Positions 29,958 to 39,389 of a DNA stretch of 64,000 bases are shown one piece after another. A program made the translations under genes and the position numbers. The stretch spans positions 18,899 to 82,898 of the forward strand of contig JABMQJ010000018.1 in assembly GCA_013203315.1 (NCBI GenBank). The letters run 5' to 3'. A model generated the notes under the pieces. The model was not told the origin of the DNA and did not search any database. It saw only the letters and a program-made list of their open reading frames with translations. Position 1 is the stretch's first letter, and every line of letters starts with the position of its first letter. The stretch is from Candidatus Omnitrophota bacterium (GTDB lineage Bacteria > Omnitrophota > Gorgyraeia > JABMRN01 > RBG-13-46-9).

Positions 29958-31088
29958 ATGGTACATAATTGGATAGAAGATATTAACAAATTTCGCGATG
30001 TCAGTAACGATTGGGATAAAGCCCTTATCGCATCTGATAACTACAATCCTTTTTTACTTTCGGATTTTCTAATAACGTGGTGGAAATATTATTCCAAGGG
30101 GCATAGGCTGGCGATTTTTGTCCTTTACGAAAAAGGCAGCATTATCGGCGGCATACCGCTTTACATCAGAAAAAGCAGTATTCGTACAGGTTTTGCCAAT
30201 GTGCTATTTTACGTTGGGGACGTAGCGGCCAATCATACGGAACCTTTTTTTGCGAGCAAGAAAGAATCTTTCTTACATGTCCTCACCGAGGCCCTGGCGC
30301 AAAGAAAAGATTGGGATGCGTTGCATCTTAAAAACGTTCGTTCCGGAAACCGTATGCTCTCGGAACATAAAAACAACGCATTTCTTAATAAATTTTCCAT
30401 TTATGAAATACAAGACCACTTCGATTGGTCGATTGATATTTCGATGGGAAAGGGTGAATACCTTGCCTTCGTTTCGAAGAAATTAAAAAGAGATTTAAGA
30501 TCTAAACGGCGATTCGCAACAAAAAATTACGGCGAGATATCCTTGAAGCAAATGAAAGGCACCGAAGAAATAGAGCGCCTTTTTGATCTCTACGTAAAAT
30601 TTTCCATTAATGCCTTTGCTTCCAGAGACGTGAAAAGTAATTTTAAAAACTCAGAATATTGCGGCTTTTTCAAAGAATTTTTAGCGCTTATGGAAGAAAA
30701 AGGCAGGCTATATGCTCACGCGCTTTTAGCCGGCGAAAAAGTCCTCGCAATAAGCTTTGCCTACCGCTTTGGCAAGGGATTTAAGTGGATATTAAACGCC
30801 TTTGATTATGAATATCGATACGTGAGGCCCGGATATCTTTTAATCGAGGAATTGATTGAGAAAATTGAGAAACTTGGCGAAACCGAATATAACTGGTATG
30901 GACATGAGAGGTTCTATAAAACGCAGTGGTGCAACAAAAAGACCCCGCTCTCACAGTTTCTTATAATTGACAAGACACTTGCCGGGCAGCGTTACAGGGC
31001 ACGACAGCTTGTCGAACGTGCGCTAAAATCGAACAAAACCGCCAGGAACCTAATCCGAAGCTTAAGAAAAGTGACACCTACCGTCTAA
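29958..31088 (+). CDS. GNAT-family acyltransferase (CelD/BcsL/FemAB-like)
   Basis: NPFL...WW, PGYLL, YKTQW pattern typical of polysaccharide-cluster GNATs. Confidence 0.72.
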   Translation: MVHNWIEDINKFRDVSNDWDKALIASDNYNPFLLSDFLITWWKYYSKGHRLAIFVLYEKGSIIGGIPLYIRKSSIRTGFANVLFYVGDVAANHTEPFFASKKESFLHVLTEALAQRKDWDALHLKNVRSGNRMLSEHKNNAFLNKFSIYEIQDHFDWSIDISMGKGEYLAFVSKKLKRDLRSKRRFATKNYGEISLKQMKGTEEIERLFDLYVKFSINAFASRDVKSNFKNSEYCGFFKEFLALMEEKGRLYAHALLAGEKVLAISFAYRFGKGFKWILNAFDYEYRYVRPGYLLIEELIEKIEKLGETEYNWYGHERFYKTQWCNKKTPLSQFLIIDKTLAGQRYRARQLVERALKSNKTARNLIRSLRKVTPTV

Positions 31089-31107
31089 GCTACTTCCAAT
31101 TTATGTA

Positions 31108-31136
31108 TTGTCACAAAAGGCTCCTTATGCTACAAT
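31108..31136 (+). promoter_or_regulatory. Sigma70-type promoter TTGTCA-N17-TACAAT with extended -10 TG
   Basis: -35 at 31108-31113, -10 at 31131-31136, TG at 31128-31129. It lies in the 103-nt gap before 31192; a second TATAAT is at 31156-31161. Confidence 0.65.
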
Positions 31137-31191
31137 ATCCTTTCGCTATTGTGTATATAATGCTATATATTAGCTACATATAGGGGCAAAT

Positions 31192-33039
31192 ATGCTGCAT
31201 GGGAAGAACATAATCTGCATATCTTCAATTGACTGGGACTTTATCTGGCAGGGCCACCAGGAGATAATGTCGGTCCTTGCCAAAAACGGAAATCGAGTTC
31301 TTTTCATAGAGAACACGGGTGTTCGCATACCGACAATAAAGGATACCGATAGGCTCTGGAAGCGATTTAGTAACTGGAAAAAGGGCTATAAGGGTATCCG
31401 TAAACTACGCGACAATCTATACGTATATTCACCGCTTGTAGCGCCTTTCCCGTATCTGAAACCCGCCATAAAACTTAATAAATTCTTAATGCTGTCTGTC
31501 ATCAAAAGATGGATGAAGGTGATGGAGTTTCACGATCCTGTTGTGTGGACTTTTTTGCCTACGCCGCTGGTGCTGGATATGGTGGATGAACTGGACCCAA
31601 GCATTTTCATTTATTATTGCATAGACGATTTTAGCTCAAGCTCTGAGGGCGCAAGGGGCATTAAAAAAATAGAAAGAAAAGTCTTTAAAAGGGCAGATTT
31701 AGTCTTCGTGACATCACACAAGCTATATGAATACGCTGCCTCAGAGAACAAGGAAACGCACCTGTTTCCTTTTGGCGTTAGTGTGGATAATTATAACAAG
31801 GCCCGGGAAAGTGATACAGCTATACCAGCGGAAATGCGCGACATAAAAAAACCGATTATCGGTTACGTGGGCGGTATACATAAATGGGTTGACATGGAAC
31901 TGGTGAAAAAAATAGCAATTGCTAGAAAAGATCTATCAGTTGTTCTCATAGGGCCGAAACAGACTGATCTTTACGGCATTGATAAATTGGATAACGTATT
32001 TATGCTGGGAAAGAAAGAACCTAAGGATCTGCCCAAGTTTGTAAAGTTTTTTGACGCGGGCATAATTCCATACCGAAAAACAAGCTATACGGAAAACGTC
32101 TATCCTACGAAAATAAATGAATACCTGGCCATGGGAAAACCCGTTATATCTACAGAAATACCCGAAGTTCTGCGATTCGATAAAGAAAACGGAGGAGATT
32201 TTATTTATTTCCTAAAAGACAAAAAAGACATAAATCCAGTTATAGACAGGGCGCTAGGGGAAAATAGTTCTCTCCGGAATCCTAAACGAATAAAAGTTGC
32301 AAACCAGAATTCCTGGTTAGTCAAAATAGAGGGAATGTGTGGTCTAATAGAGAATAAGCTTAAAAACATAGAGCTGCAAATAGGCCGGGACTGGCTGGGA
32401 AGATTCAAGGGCTTTTATGCAAGGGCCCGCAAGAAGGCGATACTGGTTGTGGGTGCAGTGGCCATCATGTATTTTGTGATATTTTACAGTCCGCTCGTAT
32501 GGCTCCTGGCCGCTCCGCTTGAAATTTTTGATAGTCCGCAAAAAGCCGATGCCATAGTAGTTTTAGGAGGCGGGGTAGGCGAGACAGGTTCGCCCGGCAA
32601 GAGCACTATAGAGAGGGCGATGTTTAGCGCAGAGTTATATAAAAAAGGCCTTGCGGAATACATGATATATTCGTCCGGTTATACATGGAAATACAACGAT
32701 GCGGAGAGCATGATGCAGCTTGCTGTTTCGATGGGGGTGCCGAAAAAAAATATTATTTTAGAGAAAAAAGGAGATTTCACCTATACCAATATCGAATATA
32801 CGACCGAAATTTTACGAAAGAAAAATCTTCATAAGATACTACTCGTTAGTTCATCATACAACATGAGAAGGGCATCGCTGGTTTATGAACATATCGCAAA
32901 AGATATAAATGTAACATATGTTCCGGTTCCGAATCCACAGTTTTACCAAAGAGAAAAGAAGGTCAGGCTGGAACAAATAAAGGCAATTGTGCACGAATAT
33001 CTGGGAATAATCTATTACTACCTTAAAGGCTACATTTAA
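31192..33039 (+). CDS. TuaH/GT4-like glycosyltransferase fused via a TM helix to a YdcF/ElyC (DUF218) domain
   Basis: N-part SSIDW...GHQ, YYCIDD, GYVGGI, PTKINEYLAMGKPV; TM helix near aa 417-443; C-part ADAIVVLGGG, LLVSSSYNMRRA, HEYLG. Confidence 0.82.
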   Translation: MLHGKNIICISSIDWDFIWQGHQEIMSVLAKNGNRVLFIENTGVRIPTIKDTDRLWKRFSNWKKGYKGIRKLRDNLYVYSPLVAPFPYLKPAIKLNKFLMLSVIKRWMKVMEFHDPVVWTFLPTPLVLDMVDELDPSIFIYYCIDDFSSSSEGARGIKKIERKVFKRADLVFVTSHKLYEYAASENKETHLFPFGVSVDNYNKARESDTAIPAEMRDIKKPIIGYVGGIHKWVDMELVKKIAIARKDLSVVLIGPKQTDLYGIDKLDNVFMLGKKEPKDLPKFVKFFDAGIIPYRKTSYTENVYPTKINEYLAMGKPVISTEIPEVLRFDKENGGDFIYFLKDKKDINPVIDRALGENSSLRNPKRIKVANQNSWLVKIEGMCGLIENKLKNIELQIGRDWLGRFKGFYARARKKAILVVGAVAIMYFVIFYSPLVWLLAAPLEIFDSPQKADAIVVLGGGVGETGSPGKSTIERAMFSAELYKKGLAEYMIYSSGYTWKYNDAESMMQLAVSMGVPKKNIILEKKGDFTYTNIEYTTEILRKKNLHKILLVSSSYNMRRASLVYEHIAKDINVTYVPVPNPQFYQREKKVRLEQIKAIVHEYLGIIYYYLKGYI

Positions 33040-33062
33040 CAAGCAAAGGAGGAAGGGCAGGA

Positions 33063-33563
33063 ATGAAATTACTGGACGAGAAGGGACGATTATTCGGAAA
33101 AATTAATGTTATTGATTTTTTTATTATTACGCTTCTTGTAATCATTATTCCGGCTTTTTTTCAAGTATATAAGATAATGGGTAAGTCCCCTACGCGCATT
33201 TCTCATGAGTGGATTAAAGTTAAAGCCATAACATTTACACTGCCACACATCGCCGACCTTATCGCGCCCGGCCAGCTTGCGTCTGATGGGTTCGAGGGCG
33301 TTCGCGGAAAGATACTGAAGGTTACCAAGGCTGATAACGAATATGGCAACAAAATGAAGTCGATGATGGGAAAAAACGTTCTATCGGAATATGAATATAG
33401 AATACCCGTGTTTTTAGAATTGGAGTTATCGTGTACCCAAAGTGCGAAAGGCGAATCGTGGTACTACAATAGAATACCGATAGTTGTCGGCATGGAAAAG
33501 ATTCTTTACTTCACTACCGATAAATATGAGATACAGTGTTATACTCTAGAGGTCGAAGAATGA
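33063..33563 (+). CDS. DUF4330-like membrane-anchored protein
   Basis: N-terminus MKLLDEKGRLFGKINVID followed by a TM helix; AAGGAGG upstream. Confidence 0.65.
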   Translation: MKLLDEKGRLFGKINVIDFFIITLLVIIIPAFFQVYKIMGKSPTRISHEWIKVKAITFTLPHIADLIAPGQLASDGFEGVRGKILKVTKADNEYGNKMKSMMGKNVLSEYEYRIPVFLELELSCTQSAKGESWYYNRIPIVVGMEKILYFTTDKYEIQCYTLEVEE

Positions 33564-33886
33564 AGAGCAAACCCAGTAGGGATTTGACTAAAACTATTAT
33601 ATTATATTTCCGTAGCAGCAAAACGTACGAACTTTTTGTGGCATTCAATCAATTTTTTAGAGAAATATTGAAAGCAAAAAACACAAGTTGCACTATCAAT
33701 TTTCTAAAAAAACTGGGAAAACAAATAACATTAAAAGACGTTGGGGTATTCGTTATTCTAACGGTTTTATTTAATACGGCGGCAAGATTTGCGTTAAACG
33801 GGACGTTCGACATATTTTCAATCTCGTCCAGAATTTTCTTCCTTTTCCTGGGTTTAGTTTTATTTTTTAGTAGAAAGCAAAAATGA
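33560..33886 (+). CDS. Small hypothetical membrane protein (2 TM)
   Basis: ATGA overlaps at both ends; two C-terminal hydrophobic segments. Confidence 0.55.
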   Translation: MKSKPSRDLTKTIILYFRSSKTYELFVAFNQFFREILKAKNTSCTINFLKKLGKQITLKDVGVFVILTVLFNTAARFALNGTFDIFSISSRIFFLFLGLVLFFSRKQK

Positions 33887-35070
33887 AAAAGTTGAAAATA
33901 CTGCGAATAATAACAAGGCTGAATATTGGCGGGCCCGCCATACATGCAGCGCTTCTTACAAAAGAGTTTAACAACGGTGAGTTTGAATCAAGGCTTTTGT
34001 GTGGGCGTATTTCCGAGAAGGAAGGCGATATGGGGTATGTTGCCCGTGATTACGGCGTAGATCCTATCTACATATCATCGCTCAGAAGGGAAATTAGCCC
34101 TTTTTCCGATATTGCGGCATTTTTTCGCATCGCTTTCGTTATGCTAAGAATTAGGCCCGATATTGTCCACACACATACGGCAAAGGCAGGTACCCTAGGT
34201 CGCATTGCGGCTGTACTGACAGGGGTGCCCGTAAAAATTCATACGTTCCACGGTAACGTGTTTCAGGGGTATTTCAAGACTTCCGAAGCAAGGTTTTTTA
34301 TGTTCACAGAACGCTTGCTAGCTAAATTCACGGATGCGATTATAGCGATATCCCCAAGTCAAAAAAAAGATATAGTAGAGAAATACCGAATAACAGAAGA
34401 GAAAAAATGCCACGTTATTCAACTAGGGTTTGACCTGCAAAAGTTCTTAAATCCGGGCCAGAAGCGGAAAGCCTTCCGTGAAAAATACAAGCTTAAAGAT
34501 AACGATATTTTCGTTGGTATAATAGGCCGCCTTGTCCCGATAAAAAACCATAAAATGTTTATCGATGCGGTTTATCACATGAATAAGAATGCCACAGAGA
34601 ACCTGGCAGACAGAATGAAATTTGCCATAATAGGGGATGGTTACATGAAAGAGGAGGTTCTGGCGTACAGTAAGTTCAGGGGACTTGCAGATAAGATATT
34701 GTGTATTGGTTGGGCCCGGGACATCGATGAGGTTTACGCAGGATTGGACATCGTCGCGCTTACATCGATAAACGAAGGCACGCCCGTAAGCCTAATAGAA
34801 GCAATGTCTTCAGAGAAGCCCGTAGTGTCTACCGACGTCGGTGGCGTAAAAGACGCACTCGGAGAGGCGGGGATTCTTGTAAAAAGCGAAGACTATAAAC
34901 GTTTGGGTGTGGAAATATCCCTGCTTGCAGCATCTCCCGAAAAAAGAGAAAAACTTGGACGTCTTGGCAGGGATTTTGTGAAAACGAGATTCTCAAAAGA
35001 ACGGCTCGTATCGGAATTAAAAGAACTCTATAAAGATTTAATGTCAAAAAAGAGAGGAACAAAAGCATGA
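33883..35070 (+). CDS. GT4 glycosyltransferase
   Basis: RLNIGGPA, HTHTAKAG, HTFHG, GRLVPIKNH, EGTPVSLIEA (EX7E). Confidence 0.92.
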   Translation: MKKLKILRIITRLNIGGPAIHAALLTKEFNNGEFESRLLCGRISEKEGDMGYVARDYGVDPIYISSLRREISPFSDIAAFFRIAFVMLRIRPDIVHTHTAKAGTLGRIAAVLTGVPVKIHTFHGNVFQGYFKTSEARFFMFTERLLAKFTDAIIAISPSQKKDIVEKYRITEEKKCHVIQLGFDLQKFLNPGQKRKAFREKYKLKDNDIFVGIIGRLVPIKNHKMFIDAVYHMNKNATENLADRMKFAIIGDGYMKEEVLAYSKFRGLADKILCIGWARDIDEVYAGLDIVALTSINEGTPVSLIEAMSSEKPVVSTDVGGVKDALGEAGILVKSEDYKRLGVEISLLAASPEKREKLGRLGRDFVKTRFSKERLVSELKELYKDLMSKKRGTKA

Positions 35071-36035
35071 GAGCACTAGTTACAGGAGGAGCGGGTTTTA
35101 TAGGAAGCCATCTTTCCGAGGCCCTTCTAAAGAAAAAACATGAAGTTTATGTTGTCGATAATTTATCCACCGGCAGTATCAAAAACATAAAGCGCCTGAA
35201 AAAAAGAAAGGCGTTCCATTTTCACATTGACGACATAATGAATGAGAAAATAATGAAGCGGCTAATCAAGAAGGTCGATGTTATTTTTCATCTGGCAGCC
35301 GCTGTCGGTGTTAAATATATTCTGGATAATCCCCTGGAATCAATAAGAACGAATGTCAAGGGCACCGAAGTAATTTTAGAATTCGCCAATTCCCTGGGAA
35401 AGAAAAAAGTCTTTTTAGCTTCCACATCGGAAATCTACGGAAAGAACCAGGACGGAGCCGCATCGTTTAAAGAGACCGATGACAGGCTTTTGGGTTCCAC
35501 GACCAAGTGGAGATGGAGCTATTCCTGCACGAAGGCGCTGGACGAATTTTTAGCACTTGCCTATCACAGAGAAAAGGAGTTGCCTGTTACGATAGCGAGG
35601 TTTTTTAATACATGCGGTCCCAGACAGAGCGGCCGTTACGGTATGGTCATACCGCGTCTCATTAAGCAAGCACTCATGAATAAGCCGCTCACCGTATACG
35701 GAGACGGAAAGCAGACGCGATGTTTTTTGTATGTAGATGATGCGGTAAATGCAATTCTAGGATTGGTTGAAAAAAAGAAAGCATTGGGAGAAATTTTCAA
35801 TATAGGAAATCCAAGAAGCATATCTATACTTGACCTCGCAGAAAAAATTAAAAAGTTTACGGGGTCCTCGTCCAAAATTGAGTTTGTCCCGTATGAAAAG
35901 GCGTACGAGAAGGGATTTGAGGACATGCGCCATAGAAAGCCGGACATCTCCAAGATAAAAGCGCTTTTGAAATTCTCTCCCAAGGTTGATATGGATGAAT
36001 TGTTGAAAAGAACAGTAACTTATTTTCAAAAATAA
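35067..36035 (+). CDS. NAD-dependent nucleotide-sugar epimerase (UDP-glucose 4-epimerase-like SDR)
   Basis: TGGAGFIG, HLAAAVGV, STSEIYG, YSCTK, RFFN, GDGKQTR. Confidence 0.9.
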   Translation: MRALVTGGAGFIGSHLSEALLKKKHEVYVVDNLSTGSIKNIKRLKKRKAFHFHIDDIMNEKIMKRLIKKVDVIFHLAAAVGVKYILDNPLESIRTNVKGTEVILEFANSLGKKKVFLASTSEIYGKNQDGAASFKETDDRLLGSTTKWRWSYSCTKALDEFLALAYHREKELPVTIARFFNTCGPRQSGRYGMVIPRLIKQALMNKPLTVYGDGKQTRCFLYVDDAVNAILGLVEKKKALGEIFNIGNPRSISILDLAEKIKKFTGSSSKIEFVPYEKAYEKGFEDMRHRKPDISKIKALLKFSPKVDMDELLKRTVTYFQK

Positions 36036-36041
36036 CAGGTT

Positions 36042-37067
36042 ATGATTACAACGCAAGACATATTCGGCGCGTTTTTTATAGCGATTATAATATCTTACGG
36101 CTTTACGCCCCTTGCAAGGCAAATAGCTTTTAAGATAAAATTGTTGGACCACCCTAGCTCTAAGAAGTCGCATGCGCACCCTACGCCTCTTTTGGGAGGG
36201 CTTTCGATACTTCTGGCCTTTTTTACGGCTGTTTTCTTTACCACTAACATCAATAGCCAAATGTACGGTATTTTAGCAGGGGGCATAATTCTTATGACCC
36301 TGGGCATGATTGATGACAAACTCGGCATGATGCCAAAAATGAAGCTCTCGGGACAAATCTTGGCAGCGCTTATTGTATACAAAGCAGGCGTCAGGGTTAT
36401 TACGTTTGAAGACTATTACGTAAGCATGTTTTTTACGGTTTTTTGGATTGTGGGTATCACGAACGCTTTTAACCTTCTGGATAATTTAAACGGTCTTTCA
36501 AGCGGTATTGCTGGCATTTCCGCTATTTTCTTTGGTGTAATGGCCCTATTAAATTCCCAGGTTTATGTTGCGGTTCTTGCATTTGCTTTAGCAGGGGCGT
36601 GCTTCGGATTTTTGAAACATAATTTCCCGGAAGCGAAGATTTTCATGGGAGATTCCGGCAGCATGTTCCTGGGTTTCACGTTGGCATGCATAGCAATACT
36701 AGGAAGCTGGGAAACCGAAAAGATAAGCCTGTCTTTCTGCCTGCCTATTCTTGTTCTCGGATATCCGATTTTTGACACGACACTGGTTACATTCTTAAGA
36801 ATCAAAGAAAAAAGGTCTATTTTTATAGGCGGTAAGGATCATTCATCACATATACTTGCGTCACTGGGATTTAAGAAAAAAAGAGCGGTCGTGCTCATAT
36901 ATGTTATATGCATGATGCTCGGCCTTGCTGCGTTTCTAATATCGGTCTTTTCTCTTGCAATAGGTACGACGATATTTGTGATTACTACTTTAAGCATGTT
37001 CGGTTTCGGTATCTATCTATGGATTATACGCTCAAAAAGCGCCAAATTACGGAGAAAGCACAAGTAA
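36042..37067 (+). CDS. wecA: Undecaprenyl-phosphate GlcNAc-1-phosphate transferase (WecA/TagO, MraY superfamily)
   Basis: PTPLLGG, GMIDDK, NAFNLLDNLNGL, NFPEAKIFMGDSGS, DHSSH. Confidence 0.85.
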   Translation: MITTQDIFGAFFIAIIISYGFTPLARQIAFKIKLLDHPSSKKSHAHPTPLLGGLSILLAFFTAVFFTTNINSQMYGILAGGIILMTLGMIDDKLGMMPKMKLSGQILAALIVYKAGVRVITFEDYYVSMFFTVFWIVGITNAFNLLDNLNGLSSGIAGISAIFFGVMALLNSQVYVAVLAFALAGACFGFLKHNFPEAKIFMGDSGSMFLGFTLACIAILGSWETEKISLSFCLPILVLGYPIFDTTLVTFLRIKEKRSIFIGGKDHSSHILASLGFKKKRAVVLIYVICMMLGLAAFLISVFSLAIGTTIFVITTLSMFGFGIYLWIIRSKSAKLRRKHK

Positions 37068-38305
37068 TGGATAAAGACAAAATCATACGCGCCTTAGATA
37101 AGGTTACGGAGTGGTCGATTTATCTACTTATTTTTTGTGTGCCTTTCTCAAAAACAATGATCGAGGGTTGTATCACGATAGGGTTTATTGCCTGGATTTC
37201 AAAGAAGATTTTAACACGAGATTTCCGGATTAAAAAGACCCCGCTCAATAATTTATTATTCATATTCTTTGTTGTCGCTGCCATATCGTTCGTGAACGCG
37301 GATCTTAAAATGCTTTTCATGAGGTCACTGGTCTCCAAATGTTTAAAGTTCATAATTTTGTATTTTCTAATCGTTGAAACGATAAATTCCAAAACAAAGC
37401 TCAAAAATCTACTTAAGATGGCCATTATATCGGCGGTCATCGTTATGATAGACGGTTATATTCAGCGATATTTCTATAATCTGGACCTTTTTCGCTTTTA
37501 TCCTGCCTTCAAATCCAGGGCTGCGGATCACTATATGGGATTTGCTCGCGGAGCGCCAACAGGTCCTTTTCCTTTTCCGAATGATCTCTCTGCGTGGATG
37601 CTTATGATTATTATGCCAGTCACATCATTACTGATATGGGGCCGAAGGAGTGTGCGCGAAAAATTTGCGCTAACCTCTTTTCTGGCTCCTTTTCTTTTTT
37701 TATTTTATTTGGCAAATGCCCGAAGCGCGTGGGGTGGTTTTATTATTTCCTTTTTTACAATTCTTTCTATGCAAAGCAAGAAGCTTTTTTTAGTATTTCT
37801 GGTACTTCTTTTATCGGTATCAGCTATTGTGCTTATCTTGCCCAAAGAAAAGACCATTAACATTCTTGGCCTTTCAAGTATGCAGGACAGATTAGGAATG
37901 TGGCAGATAGGGTGGAAAGCATTTACCGAACACCCGATCATAGGAAACGGCCTTAATATGGGCTTTAGAAAATTTCAGGAGTATCGTGAAGATGAATACA
38001 AAAATAAAAAAGGCGCCTATTTTCATAACGGTTTTTTACAAATAGCCGTTGAAATGGGGCTAATAGGTCTCACAGTTTTTTTATTAATTATAATAACAAC
38101 TTTTAAAAGCGCGATTGAACATATCCGGAAGGCGTCCGGGACATTTGACAGGGCTTTGTGCTTAGGTTTAACAGGAGCAATTTTGGCATTTTTGGTGCAT
38201 AGTTTCTTTGACACAAATTTGCAGTCTCTTCCGCTTGTTTCACTATTCTGGTTTGCCATGGGCACTCTATTTAGTTTGCAGAACATATATGCACGAAAAA
38301 TATAA
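37067..38305 (+). CDS. O-antigen ligase (WaaL/Wzy_C) family protein
   Basis: Start moved to ATG 37067 (TAATG overlap). FPFPNDL, ARSAW, R...W...HPIIGNG, HNGFLQ..VEMGLIG. Confidence 0.85.
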   Translation: MDKDKIIRALDKVTEWSIYLLIFCVPFSKTMIEGCITIGFIAWISKKILTRDFRIKKTPLNNLLFIFFVVAAISFVNADLKMLFMRSLVSKCLKFIILYFLIVETINSKTKLKNLLKMAIISAVIVMIDGYIQRYFYNLDLFRFYPAFKSRAADHYMGFARGAPTGPFPFPNDLSAWMLMIIMPVTSLLIWGRRSVREKFALTSFLAPFLFLFYLANARSAWGGFIISFFTILSMQSKKLFLVFLVLLLSVSAIVLILPKEKTINILGLSSMQDRLGMWQIGWKAFTEHPIIGNGLNMGFRKFQEYREDEYKNKKGAYFHNGFLQIAVEMGLIGLTVFLLIIITTFKSAIEHIRKASGTFDRALCLGLTGAILAFLVHSFFDTNLQSLPLVSLFWFAMGTLFSLQNIYARKI

Positions 38306-39389
38306 AAAAATACTTATCATCAATACCTTTGGCATCGGAGACGTTTTATTTGCTACGCCCATGGTAAGGGCTTTAAAGCGTGCTATCCCGAACGCGCATA
38401 TAGATTTCATGTGCAATCAAAGGTGTCGGCATATCGTGCGGAATAACAGGAATATTGACGATATTTTGGTATTTGAGAAGGATGCATTCCGCGAAGCGTT
38501 CAGGGAATCAAAAATAAAGTTCGTGAAAAAAATGTCAGGTTTTTTGGGGACTATATTGCGTAAAAAGTATGATCTCGCGATAGATTTATCTCTGGGTTAC
38601 CAAATTTCTTTGCTTTTGAAACTACTGGGCGTTAAACGAAGAGTCGGTTTTAATTACAGGGATCGCGGCAGATTTTTGACCGACAAGTTAGATATCGATA
38701 ACTTTAGCTCGAAGCACGTGATAGAGTACTACTTAAGTATTCCCAAACTTTTAGGGATAGATGGTACCACGCAAAAAAATCTCGAAATTACTTTATCCCC
38801 GCAGCAGGATCAGTGGGCGGATGATTTTGTGTCCGAAAATAAACTTGAAAGCTCGGTGATCATCGGCATCGCACCCGGGGGCGGCAAAAGCTGGGGAAAA
38901 TACGCTAAGTTTAGGAGATGGGACCCTCTCAATTTTGCTTATGTTGCGAAAAAATTAACCAAAGAAAATAAAGACTTATCTTTTTTGATCTTCGGTTCCA
39001 GGGATGAAAAATCCCTCGGTCGAAAAATCGAAGAAGCGATGGGGGGCGTTCCCAGCGGAAAATGCTTAAATCTATGCGGTAAATTATCACTTCCGCATTC
39101 AATTGCCCTTATAAAGAAGTGCAGGCTCTTGCTGTGTAATGACGGGGGGCTTCTCCACATAGCGGTTAGCCAGGCGATAAATACAATTTCCATTTTTGGG
39201 CCGGTAGACGACAAGATATACGGGCCGTATCCGCCGTCTTCCAAACACAAGGTTGCGAAAGCCGAAGGCGTGAAATGCAGGCCATGTTACAAGAATTTTA
39301 AGCACAAAATGTGCGGAATCCACGATTGCCTAATAAAAATAGACAAGGACAAAGTATTGAAGCTTGCCAAGGAGAGTATAGAATTATGA
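38289..39389 (+). CDS. GT9 ADP-heptose:LPS heptosyltransferase (WaaF/WaaQ-like)
   Basis: Start moved to ATG 38289. GIGDVL..TP, APGG, CNDGGLLH.A, FGP, CRPC. Confidence 0.88.
   Translation: MHEKYKKILIINTFGIGDVLFATPMVRALKRAIPNAHIDFMCNQRCRHIVRNNRNIDDILVFEKDAFREAFRESKIKFVKKMSGFLGTILRKKYDLAIDLSLGYQISLLLKLLGVKRRVGFNYRDRGRFLTDKLDIDNFSSKHVIEYYLSIPKLLGIDGTTQKNLEITLSPQQDQWADDFVSENKLESSVIIGIAPGGGKSWGKYAKFRRWDPLNFAYVAKKLTKENKDLSFLIFGSRDEKSLGRKIEEAMGGVPSGKCLNLCGKLSLPHSIALIKKCRLLLCNDGGLLHIAVSQAINTISIFGPVDDKIYGPYPPSSKHKVAKAEGVKCRPCYKNFKHKMCGIHDCLIKIDKDKVLKLAKESIEL

Noticed and set aside
228-36835. ops/JUMPstart (GGCGGTAG) antitermination element for the very long operon
   Set aside because: Only imperfect matches inside coding sequence (GGCGGTAT near 228, GGCGGTAA near 36828) and none in a leader; the true operon leader is outside the window.
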